From NCBI GenBank assembly GCA_902805865.1, contig CADCUK010000162.1, forward strand, positions 8,508 through 72,507: a stretch of DNA of 64,000 bases, written 5' to 3'. The notes under the pieces are model-generated. The model made no database searches. It was not told where the DNA came from and saw nothing but the letters and a program-made list of their open reading frames with translations. This stretch comes from an uncultured Nocardioidaceae bacterium. GTDB taxonomy: Bacteria > Actinomycetota > Actinomycetes > Propionibacteriales > Nocardioidaceae. A program made the translations under genes and the position numbers. Each line of letters starts with the position of its first letter. Positions within the stretch are counted from its first letter, which is position 1. Below, one piece after another: positions 28,701 through 37,235 of this stretch.

Positions 28701-28949
28701 GAGGCGCCTCCGAAGATCGAGCTGGCGCGGGCGACCGAGCAGGAGAAGCAGTCCCAGCTGACCCGGGTGGAGGAGTTCCAGGACGCCCGTCGTGAGGAGG
28801 CGGCGGCTGCACTGGTCCGACTCAAGGACGCTGCGGTTGCCGGTGAGAACGTCTTCGCGGTGCTCATGGACGCTGCGCGGGTCTGCTCCCTCCAGCAGGT
28901 CACCGAGGCGTTCTTCGAGGTGGGCGGCCAGTACCGGCGCAACGTCTGA
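25719..28949 (+). CDS. icmF: fused isobutyryl-CoA mutase / MeaB-type GTPase
   Basis: B12-binding DGHDASIN, GTGGSGKSS, ETPGIGQ, NKFE, mutase barrel RMFAGEG...SISGYHIAEAGA, ending GGQYRRNV; 1076 aa. Confidence 0.96.
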   Translation: MSTLHAPQHPVRLVTASSLFDGHDASINIMRRILQSQGAEVIHLGHNRSVQEVVDAAIEEDVQGVAVSSYQGGHVEYFEYLVQSLAERGAGHVKVYGGGGGVIVPEEIERLRASGVRIFSPEDGQRLGLVGMINQIVEACDVDLWASAPTTAEAVISGDRAAVARAVTGAEAGVLPAELMERLRTVAGSRPSGEVPVLGITGTGGSGKSSLTDELVRRLRIDQEDKLRVAVVAVDPTRRKGGGALLGDRIRMNSLDGDRVSFRSLATRGSHELPSCLADVITILKAAGHDLVIVETPGIGQGDAAIVPFVDVAMYVMTPEFGAASQLEKIDMLDFADVVAINKFERRGALDAMRDVGRQLVRNRSAFGKRPEEMPVFGTSAATFNDDGVTALYQHLRELLTEKGLPTSSGRLPHVDVRHSTTIAQIVPPNRTRYLSEITDTVRGYHRETQRLMAAAARLQRLELVADELPADQRSLLDQRIEEARKDVSEEVRRQIQGWPAVVASYSGDEQVVVVRDREIHTKLTKESLSGNPIRRVALPRFTDHGELVRFWRNENLPGYFPYTAGVFPFKRDNEDPARMFAGEGDPFRTNRRFKMLSEGQPATRLSTAFDSVTLYGRDPDLRPDIYGKVGTSGVSIATLEDMKALYDGFDLISPTTSVSMTINGPAPTILAFFLNTAIDQQVEAFEQREGRAPTSEEREQVAAHALANVRGTVQADILKEDQGQNTCLFSTEFSLKMMADIQEWFIDHQVRNFYSVSISGYHIAEAGANPISQLAFTLTNGFTYIEAYLARGMDIDDFAPNLSFFFSNGMDPEYSVLGRVARRIWAVAMKEKYGANERSQKLKYHVQTSGRSLHAQEMDFNDIRTTLQALIAIYDNANSLHTNAFDEAVTTPGEESVRRALAIQLIINREWGLAMNENPLQGSFIIDELTDLVEEAVLREFDSINERGGVLGAMETGYQRGRIQDESLLYEHRKHDGTLPIIGVNTFLPREGREAPPKIELARATEQEKQSQLTRVEEFQDARREEAAAALVRLKDAAVAGENVFAVLMDAARVCSLQQVTEAFFEVGGQYRRNV

Positions 28950-28967
28950 AACCGGTCGCCGGCGTCG

Positions 28968-29729
28968 TCACCAGCCGACGCGGTTGACGATGCGGCCCTC
29001 GAGGTCGGCAGCCACGTAGCCGCCCTCGCCGTACGCGTTGCTCGCGTAGGCGTAGATCGCCGCACCCTGGGCGTCCGGTGCGCCGATGATGAGGTACCAG
29101 CTGTTGGGGTCCTCGACGGCGTTGCGGGCCTTCCGCGACAGCGTCACGAGCAGCTCCGGGTCCACCCGCCGCAGGTCGATGATCGGGTCGTCCGACGTGC
29201 CGAGGCCCTGCTCGCGGAAGGTGCCGTCGAAGTAGAGCCGCTCCGTGCGCCCCTTGCCACCGGGCACCGGGACGACCGCCACCGCGTAGCGCGGGTAGAC
29301 CGTGAGATCGACGACGCTGGTGGAGCCGGTCTCCTTCTTGAGCGCGTCGAGCAGCTGGTCGAAGCCTGCTGCTGAGACCAGCGGCGCCAGGGGTCGGTCC
29401 GCCGGGTCGTCGGCCGCCGGGTCGTCGGCCGCCGACGGACCCCCGGGACCGTCGACGCCCTGCTGCTCGCCCACCCACTGGCTCAAGGCGTAGACACCCG
29501 CACCCGCGCCGGTCAGCACCACGACGGCGCCGAGCACCAGCACGAGGATCGCCGCGACACCTGAGCTGCGTCGCGTCGGCGGCGTGAGGGTCGTCAGCGT
29601 CTCGTGGGTCGGCGCCGGGTAGGTCACCGCCTGGTAGCCCGGCGACTCGTAGGACGACGTGGGCTCGTACGTCGACTGGTGCGTCGGAGGCAGGGGGATC
29701 GGCGGGACGCCCGGCGTCTGGTCGCTCAC
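28968..29729 (-). CDS. hypothetical single-pass membrane protein
   Basis: Pro/Tyr-rich N-terminus, one TM helix, probable extracytoplasmic domain. Confidence 0.65.
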   Translation of the reverse strand: MSDQTPGVPPIPLPPTHQSTYEPTSSYESPGYQAVTYPAPTHETLTTLTPPTRRSSGVAAILVLVLGAVVVLTGAGAGVYALSQWVGEQQGVDGPGGPSAADDPAADDPADRPLAPLVSAAGFDQLLDALKKETGSTSVVDLTVYPRYAVAVVPVPGGKGRTERLYFDGTFREQGLGTSDDPIIDLRRVDPELLVTLSRKARNAVEDPNSWYLIIGAPDAQGAAIYAYASNAYGEGGYVAADLEGRIVNRVGW

Positions 29730-29794
29730 CGGCTCACCGTAACCACGCGGACGGCGCCCTGGCAGGGCACAACAGCCCGCCCCGGCGGGGACCG

Positions 29795-31957
29795 TCAGGG
29801 ACGCCGGTGCAGCAGCAGCGGCAGCACCACCTCCGCGCCGGCGCGCCGGAGCAGCGCGGAAGCGACCGTGACCGGCCACAGGGAGGAGCTCGCGTCCACG
29901 ACCAGGAGCACGGTGCGTCCGTCGACCGCTGCCCTGGCCTCGGAGACGTCGACGAGGTCGCGCCACAAGGCGGCCTCGTCGGCCGAGCTCAGCTCACGTA
30001 GGTCGCGCGGCGGGGACGGCACGGCGGGCAACGGCAGGCTGACTCGGTCGAGGCGACCGGTGGTTGCCAGGTGGTCGGCCACCGACGAGGTGAGCTGAGG
30101 GAATCCCGCGGCGGCCAGGTCCGCGACCACCTCCGGCCTGGCGGGCCAGGAGCCGCGCCAGTCCACCAGCAGGCGCACGCACGCATCGAGGACCTCCGGC
30201 GGCGCAGCGGAGTCCCGTGCGAAGAGCGTCGCGACGGTCTCGCGCCACTCCGGTGCGTCGGCGAAGACAAGGGCCCGCCCCTCGGCGGGCAGCTCCGTCG
30301 CGGCGATCTTCCCGCGGGAGCCGAACGCACCCCCCGGCCACATCTTGCGGGGCTCCAGCGTGTGCCGCTGCCCGCGCAGCAGCTCGGTGACCGCTCGCAC
30401 GGTCTCCGGAGCGGGCCGGCTCTCGAGGGACTCCGGCAGCCCTTTGCGACACACCGAGCACCGACCGCACGGCTCTGCGTGCGGGTCGTCGAGGGCGGAC
30501 TGCAGGAGCTCCATCAGGCACCGGTCGCCGCGGGTGTAGGCCCGCATGATGTCGGCCTCCCGCCGCCGCACGGCCAGCACCCCGTCGTAGTGGGCGGCGT
30601 CGTGGTGCCACTCCCTGCCGGTCGCCCGCCACCCGCCGTCGACGCGCTCGACGACGTCGTCCACCGCGAGCTGCTTCAGCATCAGCTCGACGCGGCCCCG
30701 GCGGACACCGGACTGCGCCTCGACCGCGGCGACCGAGAGCGGCTCCTCGGTCGGGAGCACGGCGAGCACACGTCGCACCTGGTCGGGCACCGGGATCGTG
30801 GCGGTGGCGAAGTAGTCCCACACACCGGCGTCGGCGTCCGAGGGCAGCAGCACCGCATGGGCATGGTCGATGGCTCGCCCGGCACGGCCGACCTGCTGGT
30901 AGTAGGAGACCGGTGACGGCGGCGCACCGACGTGCAGGACGAAGCCGAGGTCGGGCTTGTCGTAGCCCATGCCCAGCGCCGATGTGGCCACCAGCGCCTT
31001 GAGCTCGTTGGCACGCAGCGCGTCCTCCAGCCGCTCCCGCTCGGCTGCCTCGAGCTGCCCTGTGTACGCCGCCACCGGGACCGACGAGCCGTGCACCGTT
31101 CGTACGGCGGCAGCCAGGCGCTCCGCGTCGGCGACCGTGAGCGCGTAGACGATCCCCGAGCCCGGCAGCCTGGGCAGGTGGTCGACGACCCAGGCATAGC
31201 GCTCCAGCGGCGTCAGCATCGGCTCGCCCGACTCCGGCGACGGGACCACCGACAGCTCGAGGCTCGACCGGGCGAGCTGTCCGCGCAGCACGAGCGTCGC
31301 GTCACCGAGCTGCTTCGCGACGTCCTCGGTGACCCGCTCGTTCGCGGTCGCGGTGGTGGCGAGCACCGGCGTGCTCGGGTTCAGCCGCTGCAGGACGTCG
31401 GAGACGCGGCGGTAGTCCGGCCGGAAGTCGTGACCCCAGTCCGAGACCGCGTGGGCCTCGTCGATGACCACCAGCCCGAGCCGGCCGGCCAGCCCGTCGA
31501 GGACCCGCCGACCGAACCCGGGGTTAGCCAGCCGCTCGGGCGAGACGAGCAGCACGTCGAGGTCACCGGCGCGGAGCGCGTCCTCGATCGCGGACCAGGC
31601 GTCGATGTTGGACGAGTTGAGGGTCGCGGCGCGGAGCCCCGCCCGGGCGGCGGCCGCGACCTGGTCGCGCATGAGCGACAGGAGCGGTGACACCACGAGG
31701 GTCGGCCCGGCGCCCTCGCTGCGCCGGATCGCGGTGGCGACCCAGTAGACCGCCGACTTGCCCCAGCCGGTGGCCTGCACCACCAGCACGCGGGCGGCCT
31801 CCTCCGAGAGCGCCGCGACTGCCACGGTCTGGTCCTCGCGGAGCCGGGCGTCGGGGCCGGCCATCGCGGCGATCACCCGGGCGGCCGTCGCGTTGCGCTC
31901 GGTGGTCAGGGACGGTGCGGAGCCCGCGGCGGTGTCCTGAGCCTGTCGAAGGGTCAT
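29795..31957 (-). CDS. recQ: RecQ family ATP-dependent DNA helicase (actinobacterial type)
   Basis: TGWGKS, SPERL, DEAHAVSDWGHDFRPDY, ATTAT, ATSALGMGYDKPD, QQVGRAGR, CGRCSVC. Confidence 0.92.
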   Translation of the reverse strand: MTLRQAQDTAAGSAPSLTTERNATAARVIAAMAGPDARLREDQTVAVAALSEEAARVLVVQATGWGKSAVYWVATAIRRSEGAGPTLVVSPLLSLMRDQVAAAARAGLRAATLNSSNIDAWSAIEDALRAGDLDVLLVSPERLANPGFGRRVLDGLAGRLGLVVIDEAHAVSDWGHDFRPDYRRVSDVLQRLNPSTPVLATTATANERVTEDVAKQLGDATLVLRGQLARSSLELSVVPSPESGEPMLTPLERYAWVVDHLPRLPGSGIVYALTVADAERLAAAVRTVHGSSVPVAAYTGQLEAAERERLEDALRANELKALVATSALGMGYDKPDLGFVLHVGAPPSPVSYYQQVGRAGRAIDHAHAVLLPSDADAGVWDYFATATIPVPDQVRRVLAVLPTEEPLSVAAVEAQSGVRRGRVELMLKQLAVDDVVERVDGGWRATGREWHHDAAHYDGVLAVRRREADIMRAYTRGDRCLMELLQSALDDPHAEPCGRCSVCRKGLPESLESRPAPETVRAVTELLRGQRHTLEPRKMWPGGAFGSRGKIAATELPAEGRALVFADAPEWRETVATLFARDSAAPPEVLDACVRLLVDWRGSWPARPEVVADLAAAGFPQLTSSVADHLATTGRLDRVSLPLPAVPSPPRDLRELSSADEAALWRDLVDVSEARAAVDGRTVLLVVDASSSLWPVTVASALLRRAGAEVVLPLLLHRRP

Positions 31958-31963
31958 CTGCAC

Positions 31964-31985
31964 ACCGTAGGTGGCCACGCCGACA
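31964..31985 (-). promoter_or_regulatory. PafBC / RecA-NDp promoter of recQ (leaderless)
   Basis: Minus strand TGTCGG-CGTGGCCACC-TACGGT is a full consensus match, 6 nt before ATG 31957. Confidence 0.8.
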
Positions 31986-32043
31986 CACCGGCGAGGAGGC
32001 AGACTGTCCAGCAGGGAGCCCGCCCACACCGTCGAGGAGCACC

Positions 32044-33210
32044 GTGCCCGCCAACCGCCTCATGCCCACCGAGGAAGCCGCCGACCTGCTGCGGCTGACC
32101 AGAGACATCGTCACCAAGGAGCTCGGACCCCAGGTGGCGTCGGCGGAGGCCACCGAGACGTTCCCCCGCGACATCTTCCGGACCCTGGGCCGCGCCGGCC
32201 TGCTCTCCCTCCCCTACCCCGAGGAGTACGGCGGCGGGGCTCAGCCCTACGAGGTCTACCTGCAGGTGCTGGAGGAGATCGCGGCGGTCTGGGCCAGCGT
32301 CGGAGTGGGAGTGAGCGTCCATGCGCTGTCCTGCTTCGGGCTGTACACGCGCGGCACCGAGGAGCAGAAGCAGCGGTGGCTCCCCGACATGCTGTCCGGC
32401 GAGCTGCTGGGCGCGTACGCGCTGTCCGAGCCGCACGCCGGCTCCGACCCTGCGGCGATGACCACCAAGGCCGTGGCTGACGGCGGTGACTACGTGCTCT
32501 CCGGGACGAAGGCCTGGATCACCCACGGCGGTCACGCCGACTTCTACAAGGTCATGGCCAGGACCAGCGACGACCGGAACGGCATCTCCTGCTTCCTCGT
32601 CCCGGCCGACACCGAGGGACTGAGCGTCGACCCTCCCGAACGGAAGATGGGGCTCACCGGCTCGTCGACGACGACGCTGCGGCTCGACAAGGTCCGGGTC
32701 CCCGCGGAGCGGCGCCTCGGTGCCGAGGGCGACGGGCTGCGGATCGCGTTGGAGGGGCTCGACTCGGGCCGTCTCGGCATCGCCGCCGTGGCGACCGGGC
32801 TGGCCCAGGGCGCCCTCGACCACGCCGTCGCCTACGCCAAGGAGCGCGAGACCTTCGGCAAGCGCATCATCGACCACCAGGGGCTGGCCTTCGTGCTCGC
32901 CGACATGGCGGCCGCCGTCGAGGCGGCGCGTGCGGTGACCTTGCACGCGGCGCGGCTCCGGGACCGCGGACTGCCCTTCGGCAAGGAGGCATCGATCGCG
33001 AAGCTGGTGGCCACCGACAACGCGATGAAGGTGACCACGGACGCCGTCCAGGTGCTCGGCGGGTACGGCTACACCCGTGACTTCCCGGTCGAGCGCTACA
33101 TGCGTGAGGCGAAGGTGATGCAGATCTTCGAGGGCACGAACCAGATCCAGCGGATGGTCATCGGCCGCGCGCTCGACAAGGGCGCGGCCGGGACCATCAC
33201 CACCGGCTGA
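32044..33210 (+). CDS. acyl-CoA dehydrogenase
   Basis: YALSEPHAGSD, GTKAWIT, RETFGK, QVLGGYGY, IFEGTNQIQR; GAGGAG RBS. Confidence 0.95.
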   Translation: MPANRLMPTEEAADLLRLTRDIVTKELGPQVASAEATETFPRDIFRTLGRAGLLSLPYPEEYGGGAQPYEVYLQVLEEIAAVWASVGVGVSVHALSCFGLYTRGTEEQKQRWLPDMLSGELLGAYALSEPHAGSDPAAMTTKAVADGGDYVLSGTKAWITHGGHADFYKVMARTSDDRNGISCFLVPADTEGLSVDPPERKMGLTGSSTTTLRLDKVRVPAERRLGAEGDGLRIALEGLDSGRLGIAAVATGLAQGALDHAVAYAKERETFGKRIIDHQGLAFVLADMAAAVEAARAVTLHAARLRDRGLPFGKEASIAKLVATDNAMKVTTDAVQVLGGYGYTRDFPVERYMREAKVMQIFEGTNQIQRMVIGRALDKGAAGTITTG

Positions 33211-33250
33211 CACCCGGTCCAGGTGCGCGGCTGTCCATGCGGAGTTCCTA

Positions 33251-35182
33251 TCAGCCGGGCAGCCGCGAGAGCCACCACTCGAGAGTCGCTCCGTCCACCC
33301 CGTAGGCGTCGCACATGTGCCGGCCGGCGGTGGCGAGGTGCTCGTCCCGCCGCGCCGGTTCCTCCTGCGCCCGACGCACCGCGGCAGCCCCTTCGTCCCA
33401 GCGGGAACGGTCCACCGGCAGGGGCAGCCCGCCCACCTGCCTCGCGCTGAGCTTGATCGCCTGCATCGACAGGGCGGTGCCTGCGAACGCGGCTGCGGCG
33501 TGTGCAGCCACGGGAGGCGCCAGCAGCACCGCAAGCACGTGCCAGAGCAGCGCAGGGTCAGGGACCACGGTGACCGTCGGGACGGACGGAAGCCATCGCC
33601 CCTCCTCGTCGACGACAGCCTCGATCACCTTCCCCTGCGTGCCGACGAGCACCTTGGGCACCAGCCGTCGGACCGCCCAGCGGTACAGCTTCTCGTCAGC
33701 CTCGAGCGCCTCGAGGTCGATGACCGGCGCATCCCACGAGCGCTTGAGGAAACGGGTGCCGCGTCGCCCCCACAGCGACTCCGCGGGGTCGATGAGACCG
33801 CTGGTCACCAGCGGCGCCAGGCTTCCGCCCGGTGAGGCGTTCTGCTCGTGGACGTACGGTGCGAGGCCGTAGTACTGGTCGCGGAAGTCGGCGGTGCAGT
33901 CCGCGATGTCGGCCAGCACGCCGGAGTCGTTCGGCAGGTCGACCTCGGGGATGCCCAGCCCGGCGGCGAGCAGGTGCGACCAGGCGTCGGTGAGGTCGGG
34001 GTCGGACTTCGCTGCGAGCTCCGCGAAGTCCGGGCCGTGGAAACGGCGTACTGCTTTCTGCGGCGCGTCCCGGCGCAGCACCGGCGCGCACGTCAGCACG
34101 TGAGCGTCGAACACGGGGACGGCAGAGGCCCAGATCGCGTCGAGGGCACACGTGGCGGTGACGTGCTTCCGGACGCCGGCCGCGTCGCGCGCGGCGAGCA
34201 CCGACTGCGGCTGGACCAGGCCGATGCGGCCGCCCGGACGGACCCACTCGACCGAGCGTTGCAGGAAGACCGCGCTGACGTCGGTGTAGGGACGCAGCAC
34301 CCCTCCGGACCGGTCGTTGAGCCGTGCCGCGACCCCTGGTCGGTGCGCCGTCAACCGTGCGAGCTGGTTGAGGAACGGTGGATTGCCGACCACGACGTGG
34401 AATCCGCCAGGAGGCGCCGACCGCTCCCACTCGCTCTCCAGCAGGGCGTCGCAGCCGTGCAGCGCCAGCTCCGCCAGCTCCACGGGCCGACCCGGCTCGA
34501 CGGCCTCGAGCCAGAGGCAGGTGCGGGCGACCTCGAGGGCTGCGGCGTCCCGGTCGACCCCGACCACGCGGGCCAGGGCCTCGTCCGCCGACAGCCCACG
34601 ACGCTGCAGTCTTCTTGTCGCTTCGATCAGAAAGACACCGGCGCCGCAGGCGGGGTCACACAGCGCGACCTGGGTGGCCTCGCTGACGTCGTCGAGAGCC
34701 GGCTCGAGGGTGTGGTCGAGCAGCCACTCGACCAGGACTGTCGGGGTGAAGTACGCCCCCGCCGACTTCCGGCCGGTACCGGCTCCTGGGTCCTGGGGCT
34801 GCAGGGACAGTCGCCCGTCCTGGACGACCGGTTGCAGCGCGAGCACCGACTCGTGAAGAGCGCCCAACGACGTGACGGGTTCCGCCGTCGCCCCGGGGCT
34901 TTCCTCGGACCCCAGCAGCGCGGCGAGCTCGTGGAGCACCGGTCCGGTCAGGGACTCGGTGCCCAGCACGTCGAGGTCGAGCGAGGCCAGCGCGTCGTCG
35001 AGACCGAGCAGCCCGCCACGGCGTACGGCGAGGTCCGCGAAGACCAGGCGGTAGACGATCCGCAGGCAGTCGCTCACGAGGTGCTCGACTCGCACGGCAC
35101 CCTCGGGTGCGCTTGCCTCGAGCGCGATGCCGGCCAACCTCTCGGTCGCCGCGACGACCTGGCGCAGCGCTGGTACGCCCAT
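33251..35182 (-). CDS. N6-adenine DNA methyltransferase (Eco57I/TaqI-like motif order), no nuclease domain evident
   Basis: RKSAGAYFTP, motif I DPACGAGVFL, motif IV VVGNPPF; GGAG RBS before ATG 35182. Confidence 0.85.
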   Translation of the reverse strand: MGVPALRQVVAATERLAGIALEASAPEGAVRVEHLVSDCLRIVYRLVFADLAVRRGGLLGLDDALASLDLDVLGTESLTGPVLHELAALLGSEESPGATAEPVTSLGALHESVLALQPVVQDGRLSLQPQDPGAGTGRKSAGAYFTPTVLVEWLLDHTLEPALDDVSEATQVALCDPACGAGVFLIEATRRLQRRGLSADEALARVVGVDRDAAALEVARTCLWLEAVEPGRPVELAELALHGCDALLESEWERSAPPGGFHVVVGNPPFLNQLARLTAHRPGVAARLNDRSGGVLRPYTDVSAVFLQRSVEWVRPGGRIGLVQPQSVLAARDAAGVRKHVTATCALDAIWASAVPVFDAHVLTCAPVLRRDAPQKAVRRFHGPDFAELAAKSDPDLTDAWSHLLAAGLGIPEVDLPNDSGVLADIADCTADFRDQYYGLAPYVHEQNASPGGSLAPLVTSGLIDPAESLWGRRGTRFLKRSWDAPVIDLEALEADEKLYRWAVRRLVPKVLVGTQGKVIEAVVDEEGRWLPSVPTVTVVPDPALLWHVLAVLLAPPVAAHAAAAFAGTALSMQAIKLSARQVGGLPLPVDRSRWDEGAAAVRRAQEEPARRDEHLATAGRHMCDAYGVDGATLEWWLSRLPG

Positions 35183-35282
35183 GCCATCTCCCGTCGCCGC
35201 CGAGCGGACCCAGGATCGCACTCCCGCGAAGGCATGGCACGCTGACACCGTGCATCTGCTCGTGCATCTCGTCGTGGACCCG

Positions 35283-36125
35283 ATGGTGCACGGGATCGTG
35301 CAACCACTTGTCACGCGCAGGACGTGGCTGCTGGTGCTTGCCGTCGCCGAGGTCGTCACGCTGGTGGCGCTCGTCGCGACCGCCTGGCTCCTCGTCCAGC
35401 AGCGCCGGGAGGTCCGCGACCTACGGGCGCAGCTGGAGCCGGCCCCCACCCCGACGCGGGTGCGGCAGGCGGCCGGCTGGGCAGTGCGGACTGCGTTCGA
35501 CACAGCAGGACGGGTCCGCGAGCGCGGGTTCGTCGGCGGCCTCCTGATGGCTCCGATCGAGGACCTCACCCAGTGGGCGTTCGAGGACCGCGCGGAGATC
35601 GACGCGGTCGCCGCACCGGACGGCACGGTGACGATCCTGTTCTCCGACATCGAGGACTCGACCCGGCTCAACGAGCAGCTCGGCGACAAGGGATGGGTCC
35701 GGGTCCTCGCCGCGCACGACAAGCTCGTCCGCGCCCAGGTGCGCAGGCACCACGGCCACGTCGTGAAGTCCCAGGGCGACGGTTTCATGGTCGTGTTCGG
35801 TGACCCGCAGGACGCCGTCGACGCCGCGCTGCGGATCCAGCGTTTGGTCAGCAGGTCCGGCAACCAGCTGCGGCGTACGCCGGTGCGCGTGCGCATCGGC
35901 ATCCACGTCGGCACGGCGGTGGCGCGCGACGGCGACTACTTCGGCCGCAACGTCGCCAAGGCGGCCCGGGTGGCTGCTGTCGCGGCAGGTGGCCAGGTGC
36001 TGGTGTCCGACGAGGTCAGGGGCTCGCTGGAGTCCACCGACATCGCCGTGCCGATGGGGCCCGCAGGCGACCACGAGCTCAAGGGGCTGGCCGGGACGCA
36101 CGTCCTGTGGGAACTTACGGGCTGA
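35283..36125 (+). CDS. class III adenylate/guanylate cyclase with N-terminal TM helix (start uncertain)
   Basis: LFSDIEDST, VKSQGDGFM, RIGIHVG, DYFGRNVAKAARV, LKG. Confidence 0.9.
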   Translation: MVHGIVQPLVTRRTWLLVLAVAEVVTLVALVATAWLLVQQRREVRDLRAQLEPAPTPTRVRQAAGWAVRTAFDTAGRVRERGFVGGLLMAPIEDLTQWAFEDRAEIDAVAAPDGTVTILFSDIEDSTRLNEQLGDKGWVRVLAAHDKLVRAQVRRHHGHVVKSQGDGFMVVFGDPQDAVDAALRIQRLVSRSGNQLRRTPVRVRIGIHVGTAVARDGDYFGRNVAKAARVAAVAAGGQVLVSDEVRGSLESTDIAVPMGPAGDHELKGLAGTHVLWELTG

Positions 36126-36265
36126 CCAAAGTCCCTACCGCCTAGGACTTTTTTGTCCGTTCCGCCCACTCTTGACCGCATTGTCCGTCAGGCTTGGAGT
36201 CCGGGGAGAAGAGACGAACTCGGGCCAATCTCTTGGTCCGACCACGCCTAGGGAGAACCTTCACC

Positions 36266-37219
36266 GTGCTCACACACGTCGTACGCCGCTTTCTGCCGGC
36301 CACATTCGCCGGCTCACGATCCTGGCTGTCCCTCAGCCTTGTCGGACTGCTCGCCTGGGCCCTGGTGGCCCACGCCGTGCCGCCATCGCCCGAGCCTTCC
36401 GGCGACCCGGTGGTCCCGTTCCGGCTGACCGCGGCCCAGGTGCAGCAGTCCGAGAGGGGCAAGGTCACGCGGTTCCACGTCGCGTCCTTCAACATCCTCG
36501 GCTACAACCACACCGCCAAAGGCGGGGACCGCAAGGGGTTCGTCAACGGGCGCAAGCGCATGGAGTACGCCTACAAGGTCCTCAAGAACAACCACGTCAA
36601 CGTGGTCGGCTTCCAGGAGCTCCAGCCGCAGCAGTTCGAGAAGTTCAACAAGATGACCGGCAAGCGCTGGTCGGTCTACCCAGGTGCCCGCTTCGAACGC
36701 ATCGCGATGCACAACTCGATCGCCTGGAAGACCAAGAAGTGGGACCGCATCGACGCGGACTACATCAACATCCCCTACTTCTTCGGGGACCCGGTGAAGA
36801 TGCCGATCGTCAAGCTTCGCCACCGCAATACCGGGCGGACCGTCTACTTCGCGAACTTCCACAACCCCGCGGACTCGTACGGCAACGCGCAGAAGTGGCG
36901 CGACATCGCCCGCAAGAAGCAGATCGAGCTGGCCAAGCGGAAGTTCCGCGAGGGCGTGCCTCTGGTGATCACCGGGGACATGAACGAGCGCGAGAAGTAC
37001 TTCTGCAACATGGTGGCGAAGGCACCGATGCGAGCGGCCAACGGCGGCAAGAACCCCAAGAACAAGCCGTGCAACACTCCCGAGCCGATGGGCATCGACT
37101 GGATCTTCGGCAGCCGCTACATCGGGTTCTCGCACTACAAGAAGCTCGAGAGCAAGCTGGTGCGCAGGACGACGGACCACCCGTTCGTCGTGACCCGGGC
37201 CTCCATCCCGTCACGCTGA
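36266..37219 (+). CDS. exported endonuclease/exonuclease/phosphatase (EEP) family protein
   Basis: Signal/TM segment, then ASFNILG, GFQE, TGDMN, IDWIFG, TDHP. Confidence 0.82.
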   Translation: MLTHVVRRFLPATFAGSRSWLSLSLVGLLAWALVAHAVPPSPEPSGDPVVPFRLTAAQVQQSERGKVTRFHVASFNILGYNHTAKGGDRKGFVNGRKRMEYAYKVLKNNHVNVVGFQELQPQQFEKFNKMTGKRWSVYPGARFERIAMHNSIAWKTKKWDRIDADYINIPYFFGDPVKMPIVKLRHRNTGRTVYFANFHNPADSYGNAQKWRDIARKKQIELAKRKFREGVPLVITGDMNEREKYFCNMVAKAPMRAANGGKNPKNKPCNTPEPMGIDWIFGSRYIGFSHYKKLESKLVRRTTDHPFVVTRASIPSR

Positions 37220-37235
37220 ACGGCATGATGCGCCC

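Noticed and set aside
34656-35303. His-periodic ORF MHDPVHHRVHDEMHEQMH as a metal-sensing leader
   Set aside because: The periodicity follows from the 12-bp tandem repeat, and the ORF runs out of frame through the methyltransferase with no clear RBS.
33251-37219. Methyltransferase + cyclase + nuclease as a CBASS/Pycsar-like defence island
   Set aside because: The methyltransferase is divergent, the cyclase has ordinary adenine-specifying Lys/Asp residues, and the EEP protein appears exported with its own upstream region; no operon structure.
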